DNA of 64,000 bases, taken from contig NIVC01000916.1 of NCBI GenBank assembly GCA_002269645.1, positions 227,354-291,353 on the forward strand, read 5' to 3'. The notes under the pieces are model-generated. The model was given only the letters and a program-made list of their open reading frames with translations. It was not told the origin of the DNA and did not search any database. Source of the stretch: Macrostomum lignano. Lineage: Eukaryota. The translations under genes and the position numbers were made by a program. Shown piece after piece: positions 11,640-24,768 of this stretch. Numbering within the stretch: the stretch's first letter is position 1; each line of letters opens with the position of its first letter.

Positions 11640-14268
11640 ATTGAGTGCCACTATCTCCACTGCACTGAGTGCCACTATCTCCACTGCACTGAGTGCCACT
11701 ATCTCTACTGCACTGAGTGCCACTATCTCCACTGCACTGAGTGCCACTATCTCCACTGCACTGAGTGCCACTATCTCCACTGCACTGAGTGCCACTATCT
11801 CCACTGCACTGAGTGCCACTATCTCCCTGCACTGAGTGCCATTTTCCCTACACTGAGTGCCACTATCTCCCTGCACTGAGTGCCATTTTCCCTACACTGA
11901 GTGCCACTATCTCCCCTACACTGAGTGCCACTATCTCCCCTGCACTGAGTGCCACTATCTCCCCTGCACTGAGTGCCACTATCTCCCCTACACGACTGCC
12001 ATTTTCTCTACACTGAGTGCCATTTTCCCTACACTGAGTGCCATTTTCCCTACACTGAGTGCCACTATCTCCCCTACACTAAGCGCCACTATCTCCCCTA
12101 CACTGAGTGCCACTATCTCCACTGCACTGAGTGCCACTATCTCCACTGCACTGAGTGCCACTATCTCCACTGCACTGAGTGCCACTATCTCCACTGCACT
12201 GAGTGCCACTATCTCCACTGCACTGAGTGCCACTATCTCCACTGCACTGAGTGCCACTATCTCCCCTGCACTGAGTGCCACTATCTCCACTGCACTGAGT
12301 GCCACTATCTCCACTGCACTGAGTGCCACTATCTCCACTGCACTGAGTGCCACTATCTCCACTGCACTGAGTGCCACTATCTCCACTGCACTGAGTGCCA
12401 CTATCTCCCCTATACTGACTGCCATTTTCCCTACACTGAGTGCCACTATTTCCCCTACACGACTGCCATTTTCTCTACACTGAGTGCCACTATTTCCCCT
12501 ACACGACTGCCATTTTCTCTACACTGAGTGCCACTATCTCCCCTGCACTGAGTGCCACTATCTCCCCTACACGACTGCCATTTTCTCTACACTGAGTGCC
12601 ATTTTCCCTACACTGAGTGCCATTTTCCCTACACTGAGTGCCACTATCTCCCCTACACTAAGCGCCACTATCTCCCCTACACTGAGTGCCACTATCTCCA
12701 CTGCACTGAGTGCCACTATCTCCACTGCACTGAGTGCCACTATCTCCACTGCACTGAGTGCCACTATCTCCACTGCACTGAGTGCCACTATCTCCACTGC
12801 ACTGAGTGCCACTATCTCCACTGCACTGAGTGCCACTATCTCCACTGCACTGAGTGCCACTATCTCCACTGCACTGAGTGCCACTATCTCCACTGCACTG
12901 AGTGCCACTATCTCCCTGCACTGAGTGCCATTTTCCCTACACTGAGTGCCACTATCTCCCTGCACTGAGTGCCATTTTCCCTACACTGAGTGCCACTATC
13001 TCCCCTACACTGAGTGCCACTATCTCCCCTGCACTGAGTGCCACTATCTCCCCTGCACTGAGTGCCACTATCTCCCCTACACGACTGCCATTTTCTCTAC
13101 ACTGAGTGCCATTTTCCCTACACTGAGTGCCATTTTCCCTACACTGAGTGCCACTATCTCCCCTACACTAAGCGCCACTATCTCCCCTACACTGAGTGCC
13201 ACTATCTCCACTGCACTGAGTGCCACTATCTCCACTGCACTGAGTGCCACTATCTCCACTGCACTGAGTGCCACTATCTCCACTGCACTGAGTGCCACTA
13301 TCTCCACTGCACTGAGTGCCACTATCTCCACTGCACTGAGTGCCACTATCTCCCCTATACTGACTGCCATTTTCCCTACACTGAGTGCCACTATTTCCCC
13401 TACACGACTGCCATTTTCTCTACACTGAGTGCCACTATTTCCCCTACACGACTGCCATTTTCTCTACACTGAGTGCCACTATCACCCCTACACTAAGCGC
13501 CACTATCTCCCCTACACTGAGTGCCACTATCTCCCCTACACTAAGTGCCACTATCTCCCCTACACTAAGCGCCACTATCTCCCCTACACTGAGTGCCACT
13601 ATCTCCCCTACACTGAGTGCCACTATCTCCCCTATACTGACTGCCATTTTCCCTACACCGAGTGCCACTATCTCCACTACGTTGAGTGCCACTATCTCCC
13701 CTGCACTGAGTGCCACTATCTCCCCTGCACTGAGTGCCACTATCTCCCCTGCACTGAGTGCCACTATCTCCCCTGCACTGAGTGCCACTATCTCCACTAC
13801 GTTGAGTGCCACTATCTCCCCTGCACTGAGTGCCACTATCTCCACTGCACTGAGTGCCACTATCTCCACTGCACTGAGTGCCACTATCTCCCCTGCACTG
13901 TCCGCCATTTTCCCTACACCGAGTGCCACTATCTCCACTACGTTGAGTGCCACTATCTCCCCTGCACTGAGTGCCACTATCTCCCCTGCACTGAGTGCCA
14001 CTATCTCCCCTGCACTGAGTGCCACTATCTCCCCTGCACTGAGTGCCACTATCTCCACTACGTTGAGTGCCACTATCTCCCCTGCACTGAGTGCCACTAT
14101 CTCCACTGCACTGAGTGCCACTATCTCCACTGCACTGAGTGCCACTATCTCCACTGCACTGAGTGCCACTATCTCCACTGCTCTGAGTGCCACTATCTCC
14201 ACTGCACTGAGTGCCACTATCTCCTCTACACTGACTGCCATTTTCCCTACACTGAGTGCCACTATCTG
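11640..14268. repeat. 24/21-bp minisatellite filling GGA intron 2, with higher-order structure
   Basis: Units tgcactgagtgccactatctccac and tacactgagtgccattttccc; identical ORF-track products start at 11813/12902 and 11857/12946. Confidence 0.97.
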
Positions 14269-14298
14269 ACCCGCCCGTCTCTCAACCGCCCCTCCCAG

Positions 14299-14579
14299 AT
14301 CATCAAGATCCTGTCCCCGAAGTACCTGGGCGCCACGTCCAGCGAGGCGGTGAAGAAGCGCTGCATCGAGTGCCTCTACGGCTGGTCCCGCGGCCTCTAC
14401 ACGGAGCCGAAGATTCGCGAGGCCTACGACATGCTGAAGAAGCAGGGCATCATCTCCAGGGACCCGGTGTACATCGACCAGACTCTGCGCTCAAATCCCT
14501 ATCTACCGTTGAAGCGCGAGAAGGACACTGCTATATTTAACGACGAGAAAACTGCTCAAGAGATTAGCAGGCTGCTCAA
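14299..14579 (+). CDS. GGA: GGA exon 3 (VHS end, GAT start)
   Basis: IIKILSPKYLG..AYDMLKKQGII..IFNDEKTAQEISRLL; cccAG acceptor, GTGAGT donor at 14580. Confidence 0.95.
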
Positions 14580-14644
14580 GTGAGTAACTGTTGCTTTTTT
14601 AGCTTAGTGAGATTTTAAAACTAAATTGAAAAGGGAAAAAGATA

Positions 14645-14998
14645 GGGGGATCAGGGATGTAGAAGGAGCATCCTATTGAAGGGATCAGGGATTTAGAAGG
14701 AGCATCCTATTGAGGAGATCAGGGATTTAGAAGGAGCATCCTATTGAGGGGATCAGGGATTTAGAAGAAGCATCCTATTGAGGGGATCAGGGATTTAGAA
14801 GGAGCATCCCATTGAGGTAGGGGATCAGGGATTTAGAAGGAGCATCCTGTTGAGGGGAGGGGATCAGGGATTTAGAAGGAGCCTCCCATTGAGGTAGGGG
14901 ATCAGGGATGTAGAAGGAGCATCCTATTGAGGGGATCAGGGATTTACAATGAGCATCCTATTGAGGGGATCAGGGATTTAGAAGGAGCATCCTATTGA
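14645..14998. repeat. About 34-bp minisatellite in GGA intron 3
   Basis: ggggatcagggatttagaaggagcatcctattga, about 10 units. Confidence 0.95.
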
Positions 14999-15061
14999 GC
15001 ATCATGAAGGCACGGGTCATTCGCAGCATTATTAAAAGCCAAAGTTGCTCCACCCGGCCAG

Positions 15062-16228
15062 GTCCAAGCGGCCCGAGGACCTGATGGCCGCCAACCGGCT
15101 GATCAAATCCGCAGTGAAGCAGGACAACGAGCGCATGGACCGGCTATCCAAGCGGCTAGGGGAGCTGGAGACGGTCCGCAACAATGCCCAACTGCTCAGC
15201 GAGATGCTCAACCACTACAGGCCTACCGAGGCTGTTCAGAGCGATGTGGAGATCATCCGCGAGCTGCACCGGACTCTGCGGGAGGCCCGGCCGAGGCTCT
15301 ACAGGCTGGCCGGAGAGACGGAGAACACGGACGAGGAGTCCATGAAGGAGGTGCTGGCCGTCAACGATCTGGCCGCCGAGGTGCTCAAACGATGCACTGA
15401 GCTCATTGGCGAGGATCAGCTTAGAGAGGCGTCGGCGCCGCAGGCGCCCAGCAGCGGTTTTTCTTCGTCGGCTGCCGCTGGCTCTGCACCTGCAGCATCG
15501 GCAGCCTCGCCGAAAAGCTCCTCCAGCGGTGGCGGCGGCCTGCTGATCGGCGACATGGCCTTCGACCCGTTCGACCCACTCAGCTACGGGCCTTCGACGT
15601 CGTCCACTGCGTCCAGCGCCGCTCCCGCGGCCGGCAGCATCCTCGACCTGCCCGACCTTCCGCCCGCTTATTCGGCCACTCCGGCCTCGTCCGCGTTGGC
15701 CGCGACAATTTCGTCGTCGATTTTTAATACGACAGCACCTACGGCATCAACAGCGACAGCGTCGACAGGCGGCGGCAGCAGCGGCGACATCGACCTGTTG
15801 AGCGACCTGTTCTCGTCTGCCTCGTCGGTTGCTCCACCAGTTCAGCGGGTTGGCATCGCCCCGATGGTGCCGATGAAAGGTGGCGGCGGCGGCGCCTCCG
15901 TCAAGCCGGCCGCGTCCTCCGCGGTGCCGAACCTGGCGCTGAACCCCAGCAAGCCGTCGGCTGGCACGCAGCTGCAGTCTACCAGCGGCTCCACCGGTGC
16001 CTCGGCGGCGGAGAGCGCCGTGTTCAAAGGACTGGACCAGCTCGGCAAGGACTTCCTGATGCGGCAGAGTCCCAAGAAGACGCCGGCAGCCGCTGCCGCT
16101 GCCGACTCGGCGTCGGTTGCTCTGTTGGCATCGGCAAGCAACTCGGCCGCGAAGGCTGCTGGCGCGGCGGCGCCTAACGGGAAGCCTGAAGCTGCGGCTG
16201 CTGCCGCTCCCGTCAGTGCGGTTGACAG
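15062..16228 (+). CDS. GGA: GGA exon 4 (GAT domain and Ala/Ser-rich hinge)
   Basis: KSKRPEDLMAANRLIK..LYRLAGETENTDEESMKEVLAVND; hinge has clathrin-box-like LLDL/DIDLL-type and FDPF motifs; donor AG|GTAGAT. Confidence 0.92.
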
Positions 16229-16240
16229 GTAGATGAGGGG

Positions 16241-17712
16241 TGCCATTTCCAAGATAAGGATGCCATTTCCGAGATTTAGATGCCATTTCCTAGATTTAGA
16301 TGCCATTATCTATATTTAGATGCCATTTCCGAGATTTAGATGCCATTATCTATATTTAGATGCCATTATCTATATTTAGATGCCATTATCTATATTTAGA
16401 TGCCAGTTTCGAGATTTAGATGCCATTTCCAAGATTTAGATGCCATTTCCGAGATTTAAATGATTTAGATGGAGATTTAGATGCCATTTCCGAGATTTAG
16501 ATGCCATTTCCGAGATTTAGATGCCATTTCCAAGATTGGGATACCATTTCCGAGATAGGGATGCCATTTCCCAGATAGGGATGCCATTTCCAAGATTGGG
16601 ATGCCATTTCCGAGATTTAGATGCCATTTCCGAGATTTAGATGCCATTTCCAAGATTGGGATACCATTTCCGAGATAGGGATGCCATTTCCCAGATAGGG
16701 ATGCCATTTCCGAGATAGGGATGCCATTTCCGAGATTTAGATGCCAGTTTCGAGATTTAGATGCCATTTCCAAGATTTAGATGCCATTTCCGAGATTTAA
16801 ATGATTTAGATGGAGATTTAGATGCCATTTCCGAGATTTAGATGCCATTTCCGAGATTTAGATGCCATTTCCGAGATTTAGATGCCATTTCCAAGATTGG
16901 GATACCATTTCCGAGATAGGGATGCCATTTCCCAGATAGAGATGCCATTTCCAAGATTGGGATGCCATTTCCGAGATTTAGATGCCATTTCCGAGATTTA
17001 GATGCCATTTCCAAGATTGGGATACCATTTCCGAGATAGGGATGCCATTTCCCAGATAGGGATGCCATTTCCAAGATTGGGATGCCATTTCCGAGATTTA
17101 GATGCCATTTCCGAGATTTAGATGCCATTTCCGAGATTTAGATGCCATTTCCAAGATTGGGATGCCATTTCCGAGATAGGGATGCCATTTCCGAGATAGG
17201 GATGCCATTTCCCAGATAGGGATGCCATTTCCAAGATAGGGATGCCATTTCCAAGATAGGGATGCCATTTCCAAGATAAGGATGCTATTTCCAAGATAGG
17301 GATGCCATTTCCAAGATAGGGATGCCATTTCCGAGATTTAGATGCCATTTCCTAGATTTAGATGCCATTTCCTATATTTAGATGCCAGTTCCGAGATTTA
17401 GATGCCATTTCCGAGACTTAGATGCCATTTCCGAGATTGGGATGCCATTTCCGAGATAGGGATGCTATTTCCCAGATAGGGATGCCATTTCCAAGACAGG
17501 GATGCCATTTCCGAGATAGGGATGCCATTTCCAAGATAGAAATGTCATTTCCTAAATTGGGATGCCATTTCCGAGATTTAGATTCCATTTTCGAGATAGG
17601 GATGCCATTTTCAAGATAGGGATGCCATTTCCAAAATAGGGATGCCATTTCCGAGATAAGGATGCCATTTCCAAGATATTGATGCCATTTCCGAGATAAG
17701 AACGCCATTTCC
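16241..17712. repeat. 20-bp minisatellite filling GGA intron 4
   Basis: gatgccatttccgagattta / gatgccatttccaagatagg; marker atttaaatgatttagatgg recurs about 342 bp apart. Confidence 0.97.
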
Positions 17713-17750
17713 GTCGCTCATTCGCCACTCCCCCTGCACCTCCGCCGCAG

Positions 17751-17952
17751 CCGACTCTCCAGCCTGCCCCCGGTCTCTGTGGCCTCCCTCCGGCCGCACC
17801 CGTCCTACTCGCCTCAGCCCGTCATTCAAAGCGAGCCGGCTGGCCCCGGCGCCGGTCACGTGACCGTCATGCTGCACTTCGCCGAGCCAGACTGTGCGCC
17901 TGCGCCTGGCGTTGCAGCGCTCCTGTGCGCAGTGGCTTCTACACTGGGACAG
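17751..17952 (+). CDS. GGA: GGA exon 5 (GAE domain, first part)
   Basis: Phase-2 join is in frame; VTVMLHFA..VAALLCAVASTLGQ; donor GTAAGG. Confidence 0.85.
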
Positions 17953-18235
17953 GTAAGGGAGACTAACGCGCTTAGCCTGTTTAATTTACTCAAAACCCTC
18001 GAATCCATTAAGGTGTTCTTGGAAACTTAAAGATGCGAAATCCTTATGATTATGAAATCTTTATGAAACCATCACTAGCTAGTTCATATCAGAATTCGGC
18101 CTTCAAATCCCAAAGTAAGACTCGCCCTTCAGATCCCAAATCATTACCCAGCCTTTAAATCTTAAAGTAAGACTCAGCCTGCAAACCCCAAATCATGATT
18201 GATTAGGCATTCAATTCCAAAAGGAAGATTTGGCC

Positions 18236-18905
18236 TTTAAATCCAAATTCATGAATAGGCCTTCAAATCCCAAGTCATGATAGGCCTTCAAATCTCAAGT
18301 CATGATAGGCCTTCAAATCCCAAGTCATGATAGGCCTTCAAATCTCAAGTCATGGATAGTCCTTCAAATCTCAAGTCATGGATAGTCCTTCAAATCTCAA
18401 GTCATGGATAGGCCTTCAAATCCAAATTCATGAATAGGCCTTCAAATCCCAAGTCATGATAGGCCTTCAAATCCCAAGTCATGATAGGCCTTCAAATCCC
18501 AAGTCATGGATAGGCCTTCAAATCCCAAGTCATGATAGGCCTTCAAATCTCAAGTCATGGATAGTCCTTCAAATCCCAAGTCATGATAGGCCTTCAAATC
18601 CAAATTCATGAATAGGCCTTCAAATCCAAATTCATGAATAGGCCTTCAAATCCCAAGTCATGATAGGCCTTCAAATCCCAAGTCATGATAGGCCTTCAAA
18701 TCCCAAGTCATGATAGGCCTTCAAATCCCAAGTCATGATAGGCCTTCAAATCCCAAGTCATGATAGGCCTTCAAATCCCAAGTCATGATAGGCCTTCAAA
18801 TCCCAAGTCATGATAGGCCTTCAAATCCCAAGTCATGATAGGCCTTCAAATCCCAAGTCATGATAGGCCTTCAAATCCCAAGTCATGATAGGCCTTCAAA
18901 TCCCA
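18236..18905. repeat. 25-26-bp minisatellite in GGA intron 5
   Basis: aggccttcaaatcccaagtcatgat units. Confidence 0.95.
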
Positions 18906-19014
18906 AAGCAAGACTCCGCGTTCAAGACCCAAATACTTAGAATTCTTCAAATGCATTAAGGTCTTCAAATCCAAGACTCCAGTCAAATTTATAACTCCGC
19001 CTCACGCGCCGCAG

Positions 19015-19284
19015 GCCTGCCAAGACGTCGCCCTAACTGTGACCTGCCGGCGCGCCCCCGACTCGGTGCTGACCCAGGCTCCCAGCGGCACCAGCCTGCC
19101 GGCTAGCTCCCCCATGCTGCCGGCCGCCGCCCCCATCACCCAGTGCCTACTGGTGCTGGACCCGGCCGAGAAGAGCCTGGCCTTTAGCCTGACCTACCGA
19201 CTGGCCGGCGAGGCCGCCTGCCGCACACAGAAGAGCCTGCCGGTTGTGCTGCCCGAGGACCTGCTTTCTACCGACTCTCCCTAA
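19015..19284 (+). CDS. GGA: GGA exon 6 (GAE domain end, stop)
   Basis: QAPSGTSLPASSP..PITQCLLVLDP..FSLTYRL resembles GAE QPPSGTELPAF..ITQVLLL; TAA at 19282-19284. Confidence 0.88.
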   Translation, partial: ACQDVALTVTCRRAPDSVLTQAPSGTSLPASSPMLPAAAPITQCLLVLDPAEKSLAFSLTYRLAGEAACRTQKSLPVVLPEDLLSTDSP

Positions 19285-20710
19285 TCTGGAGTTGTTATCC
19301 CTATCTACGATTGCGAATACCGGCAATGAATGCTCTTATCCTGTCACCTGCACTGATTTACTGGGCTAATACAGTTAATAGGCGCTTTGGGCTACTGTTA
19401 GTAGGCTTATATTGACACTCTTATTATTAGTCTTGGCTGCCTACTATCAGTAGCCAGTTGCGGATAAGAAAAACTGGTTTCCATTTCTTTATCTCTCCTG
19501 ATTTAATCCAGAAATTTATTAGCACTATTTCATGTACCTGTACTCTTGTATCTTGTATCTGTATTGTACATTCATTAACCTAAGAAAACTCTGCCTAATA
19601 TGCGTTGTCCTTAAAAAACACTGATTATTACGAGCTACTAAAACTTGACTATAAGAGTGAGAACAAAAACCTATCCCCAGCATTGGCACTTGTACCATTA
19701 CTTGCAATCTAACAATGACACCTTGCTCAGATTGCTGCACTCAACCGTGCTAATTCGGCTGTTTGATGAAATCCACCCCTATTTCATACTTGTGTGCTGG
19801 TCTATACAAATCAGAATAGTTTTTTGAGAATTTTCTAATCAGACTAATCGAATGACACTTGCTGTTTTAAAATTATAGCAGAAAAAATATGCATGCCTGA
19901 TGCTATTGACATCTTTTCTTTTTTTCGGTGAACGGCCCGATTCGTTTTTTTGTTTTAGTCGGACTTTGCTGTGCTACTGGACTACGCTGTGTGGCAGCGA
20001 TTCAAACTCCTGCTAATAAGCGCAATCTTAGTATAAGAATGCAAAATAAATCTGAGAATGTATGAAGAATTGATAATTAGCTCTTAATTCCTTATTGTTA
20101 GACCTTGACATGAAAAGGGGTCGTGAGCAGGCTTTTTATTGCCTGCATTTCACATCAATATACGGACTAATGCGTCTTCGATTGATTGAATTTACTTCCA
20201 TTTCTTACGATTTTAAGAAATCGATAAAATTATTTTCAGCACTGCAATAGTGGCAAACATAAAAAGCATGTACTGTAAATATACTTTGCATATGTACTCG
20301 CAGTGACCCCTACCGGTACTGTATCATATTGCACAATTGTAATGTAAAGTACGCGACTGTTATACACAAGGGTTTCTTGTGCAGGGTTCCAGGGTGCATT
20401 TGAGAAAGTTAATGACAGTTACGATAGAAAAGCTGAACTTAGTCAATGATTCAACACTGCTCTCTGATCCAGCCATCTATGAGTCATGATGTAACAAATA
20501 TGCATGGTTAGTGTTCTTATAGCTAAGCAGATATTGTGCATGAATTTTATCCTCTCGTCCTTCGAATCGATTCTGGTTTGGATGGGCATTCATAGAATAC
20601 ACATTTCGCTATAAAAGGGCAAAAAAGGACGACTTAGTGGGTTTTGCCGGAAGCATGACGACAAGATCGATCTATTTAAAAGTTATCGCCGTGATTTCAA
20701 ATAAGTTCTA

Positions 20711-21082
20711 TAGGCTTTTCATATTACCGATTCCAGAACCAGAATCGATTCGAAGCTTTTCAAATTGTCTGTTCCGTTTTCAGAATCGGTTCCAGAACCG
20801 TGTTCTGGTTTTGGAATTTGGATTGAAAAATTTTCTCGATCCGTTGTCATGTTTACACCTTAACAGTAAAATATATTTGAAATCGTCAATTTTTTTATTA
20901 TTGGTATATAATTATTCCGTTTTTTGTCAAATCCAAGAGGAAACAAAGTCAAGGAAAAACAAAATTAATCTGTAAAGAGTGAAAAGCATAAAATGGGCTC
21001 GAAGCTTTTCATTTTACTACCGATTCTGGCTCTGGAATTGGAATTATTCTGGTTCTAGAACAGATCTTCGTTGAAAAGCCTA
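20711..21082. mobile_element. MITE-like element
   Basis: taggcttttca at 20711 and tgaaaagccta ending at 21082 (TA may be the TSD); internal inverted ttccagaacc / gattctgg motifs. Confidence 0.55.
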
Positions 21083-22000
21083 CTAAAGCAATGCATAGTA
21101 TAACAAAGCCTACAATACTCAAAGAATTAATTTTACTAGCTGCAAATTAAAGCTGTATTAATTACTAAAAAATGTGTAATAAATAAAATTTTATATTAAA
21201 AAAGTTTACTTTTCATATTCAAAGAAAAAAAGAAAATCAAAAGTAACAACGATTTCGCAGAAAATGCACTTAATTAGTTTTGGAAATAAACCGAGAGTTC
21301 TGATAGTTTTTCTTGTCTTGGCTTTGCCTAGTGGGTGAGATTTTTTTGCTCTAGTGGTATTTATTGTATTTAAATCTATGTAAGAGGTATTGTTTATAGG
21401 AGCAGTGAATTCTCCAATAAGGAAGATGTTTCCCTCTGAGTGATGTGCACAGTGCATCTAGGATAGTTGTTAACTGTTCTCAATTTTCTTATTCGTAATA
21501 TTTTGAAGACATTGGTGGTATATAGGAGTTTATTATGATGAAGCTTTTGTTTTAATCCTTTTTGTGTTTGAAATTTAGTGTCAGGAAGTTGTTATAATTT
21601 TTGAATGATTCAGTTACACTGTTACATTGTATTGAGATTGAGTGTCTAGCAGTCTAGTGACTTTTTATAAGCTGTCAATAATGCACTAGATGATCTGCAA
21701 TGAAATTGCAGCCTTTTTTGTTAGCAGACTTTTGGTATGTTATGTAGTTGTCAGACAGATTGTTTATTTTGAGGAGTTTGTTTTCACTTTTTGTGTCTAT
21801 TATCCAAGTTTCTTGAAGGCAAAGAATATTAGAAGAATTCATACTTATTTTTATTGCAAAATGGCTAGTAAATTTTAATGTGCCAAAATGAAAGATTGTA
21901 TATCTTTTATTATGCTAGGCCCTTTTTTAAGTGTATTATTTAAATATAAAAAGTTGTATGTTTTTTCTATACATATTAGTTTGGCATGCATTTTTTTGGT

Positions 22001-24768
22001 ATGTATTGGTTTCCCGACAGACATTCAGACAGACATTTAGAAATTGTTCAGTAAATGTTTAACAAAATTTGCTATTTAGTACGCAAGACAGTGTAATTTT
22101 TCAGACATTTTTACGCATGTCTCAGCTTTAAAAAGACACCTCAGATACACACAAAAACGCTTCACAAGCTGAGACATTCCCTAGCAACTGTTGTTATGAC
22201 GTTTCCCAATATACCGAATACTGTATATAGTAGTTTTTTGAGAAGCCGCTACATCGTCCCACTTTGGTCTTGCTGCATGAAATTTGCACAGCTGTTTTAC
22301 GCATGTCTCTGCTTTAAAAAGACACCTCAGACACACAAAAACGCTTCACAAACTGAGACATTCCCTAGCAACTGTTGTTACGACGTTTTCTTAGAATACC
22401 AAATGCATTATATAATATTATTAAGACTATTATTGAAATTATTACTATTAATAATGATAATAATATATTACGATCGTATTACTGTATTTCTTTTATTACT
22501 ATATACATATTACTGTTCTATTATTAACAGTAGAACAGGGAATCCCCCACCCCAGCTGACATTTTTTGATGCACCGACACGGAGCAACGCGGGCGCACGA
22601 AATTCAAGAACACGGGCTTACTTTTTGCTATGCACCTTCTCGTACAAGAATCAAGTCGTTGCCAGCCCTCTGGACTGTCGAGATATTCGATGATTCTGCC
22701 TGCAGATGGTTGGATTTTCCCATTAGCGCCAGTGTATTAAACCCTGTGTGCCAATAAGCACTGCGCCTCAGTGCAGCCTTGCCAAGTCTCCAAATTTCGT
22801 CAGCACGTCGACCACATGTGTCTGCATCAGATTTATTTGACTTTGTTGGTCACTAGCCTTCACCCAGGCGGAGCTTCTGGACCGTCAACAAGTTGCAACA
22901 GGTGTCTACATGTATGGACACACTGTTCAAATTTCTCAGCTAGTTTTGCTGATCAAGCCTCGACAGAGTGGGCAAGCCTCAAGTGCTGGACATCCTCAGC
23001 TAGTCTCTCGAGCATTCAGTTTTCACCCGGACGCCGTTGGCACCTTCAACGGATTACACCAGCTGACTATGGACACTCTGATGCAAATATACTAGATTTT
23101 TTATCAAGCTTTAATAATTGCCAAACCTTAACTGCTAGGCATCCTTAACAAGTTTCTCAAGCATTCTGTCATCATTCTGCCGTCATCGGCACCTTCAAAG
23201 AGACAAAACCATGACCATGGACACCCAGAAGTATGATTTTTTATTTTTAAACAAATAGTAACTTTTAAGACAGAAGACTTGGATATTTAGTATCAATATA
23301 TTGTGACTTTGACTGTGATTAACACTTTATCTTCTTTGGAAAATAAAGTTACTACCAAGAAAATTTGGTAGTTTTTAGTGCTTTCTTCTTTTCGTGAACA
23401 TTCTGTTCAATTTAGTTTAATTAACAAATTATCTCATCATGTTTACATAATTGTCGGGTGATAATAGACTGTTTAGGACTCTAGCTGAGAATAAACTGGA
23501 GTTATAGATTGCGCATTATTGAAGCTTGATAAGAAAAACCTGACATAGTTGCAAAAGGATGTCCATAGTCATCTGATGCCACCTGTTGAAGGTGCCGACA
23601 GTGTCGGAGTGGTGACGGAATGCTAGAGAGACTAGCTGAGGGTGTCCAAAGTTGAGGCTTGCTCACTGTCGAGGCTTGATCGGCGAAACTCGAGAAATTT
23701 GCATCAGGGTGGTCACAGTCACCTGGTGTCATCTGTTAAAGATGCCTACGGCGTCGGGGTGATGACTAAATGCTTGAGAGACCAGCTGAAGAATATAGCA
23801 GTTGAGGCTTGCCTGCACTGTAAAGGTTTGAATAGCGAAACTAGAGAAATTCATATCAGGATGTCCATAGTCACCTGGTGCCACCTGTTGAAGGTCCCGA
23901 CGGCATCGGGGTGGTGAATGAAGGCTCGAAATTCTAACTGAGAATGCCCCGCAGTTGAGGCTTGCCCATTTTCAAGGCTTGATCAGCGAAACTAGAAAAA
24001 TTCTTTTCAGGCTGTTCATATATAGTCACATGGTGTAATCTGTTGAAGGTGCCGACGGCGTCCGGATGATGACGGAGTGCTCGAGGAGACAGCTAAGGAT
24101 ACATAGCAGTTGAGGTTTTCCCATTGTCGAGGCTTTATCAGTGATCAGCGATGTCTAGGCTGAACTATGATATATGTATTCGGTATATAGGGAAACGTCG
24201 TAACAACAGTTGCTAGGGAATGTCTCAGCTTGTGAAGCGTTTTTGTGTGTGTCTGAGGTGTCTTTTTAAAGCTGAGACATGCGTAAAACAGCTGTGCAAA
24301 TTTCATGCAGCAAGACCAAAGTGGGACGATGTAGCGGCTTCTCAAAAAACTACTATATACAGTATTCGGTATATTGGGAAACGTCGTAACAACAGTTGCT
24401 AGGGAATGTCTCAGCTTGTGAAGCGTCTTTGTGTGTGTCTGAGGTGTCTTTTTAAAGCAGAGACATGCGTAAAACAGCTGTGCAAATTTCATGCAGCAAG
24501 ACCAAAGTGGGACGATGTAGCAGCTTCTCAAAAAACTACTATATACAGTATTCGGTATATTGGGAAACGTTGTAACAACAGTTGCTAAGGAACGTCTCAG
24601 CTTGTGAAGCGTCTTTGTATGTGTCTGAGGTGTCTTTTTAAAGCAGAGACATGCATAAAAATGTCTGAAAAATTACACTGTCTTGCGTACTAAATAGCAA
24701 ATTTTGTTAAACATTTACTGAACAATTTCTGAATGTCTGTCTGAATGTCTGTTGGGAAACCAATACAT
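22001..24768. mobile_element. Non-autonomous foldback (Mutator-like) element with modular inverted arms
   Basis: atgtattggtttcccgacagacattc.. is inverted at 24768; 186-bp tandem units in both arms; inner 150-157-bp units also inverted; flanks ttttttggt / ttgtttggt form a 9-bp TSD with 1 mismatch. Confidence 0.85.

Noticed and set aside
11640-14268. Repeated CTECH (CXXCH) motifs suggesting a multiheme cytochrome
   Set aside because: Translation of a 24-bp intronic minisatellite between canonical GGA splice sites; all frames give repeats
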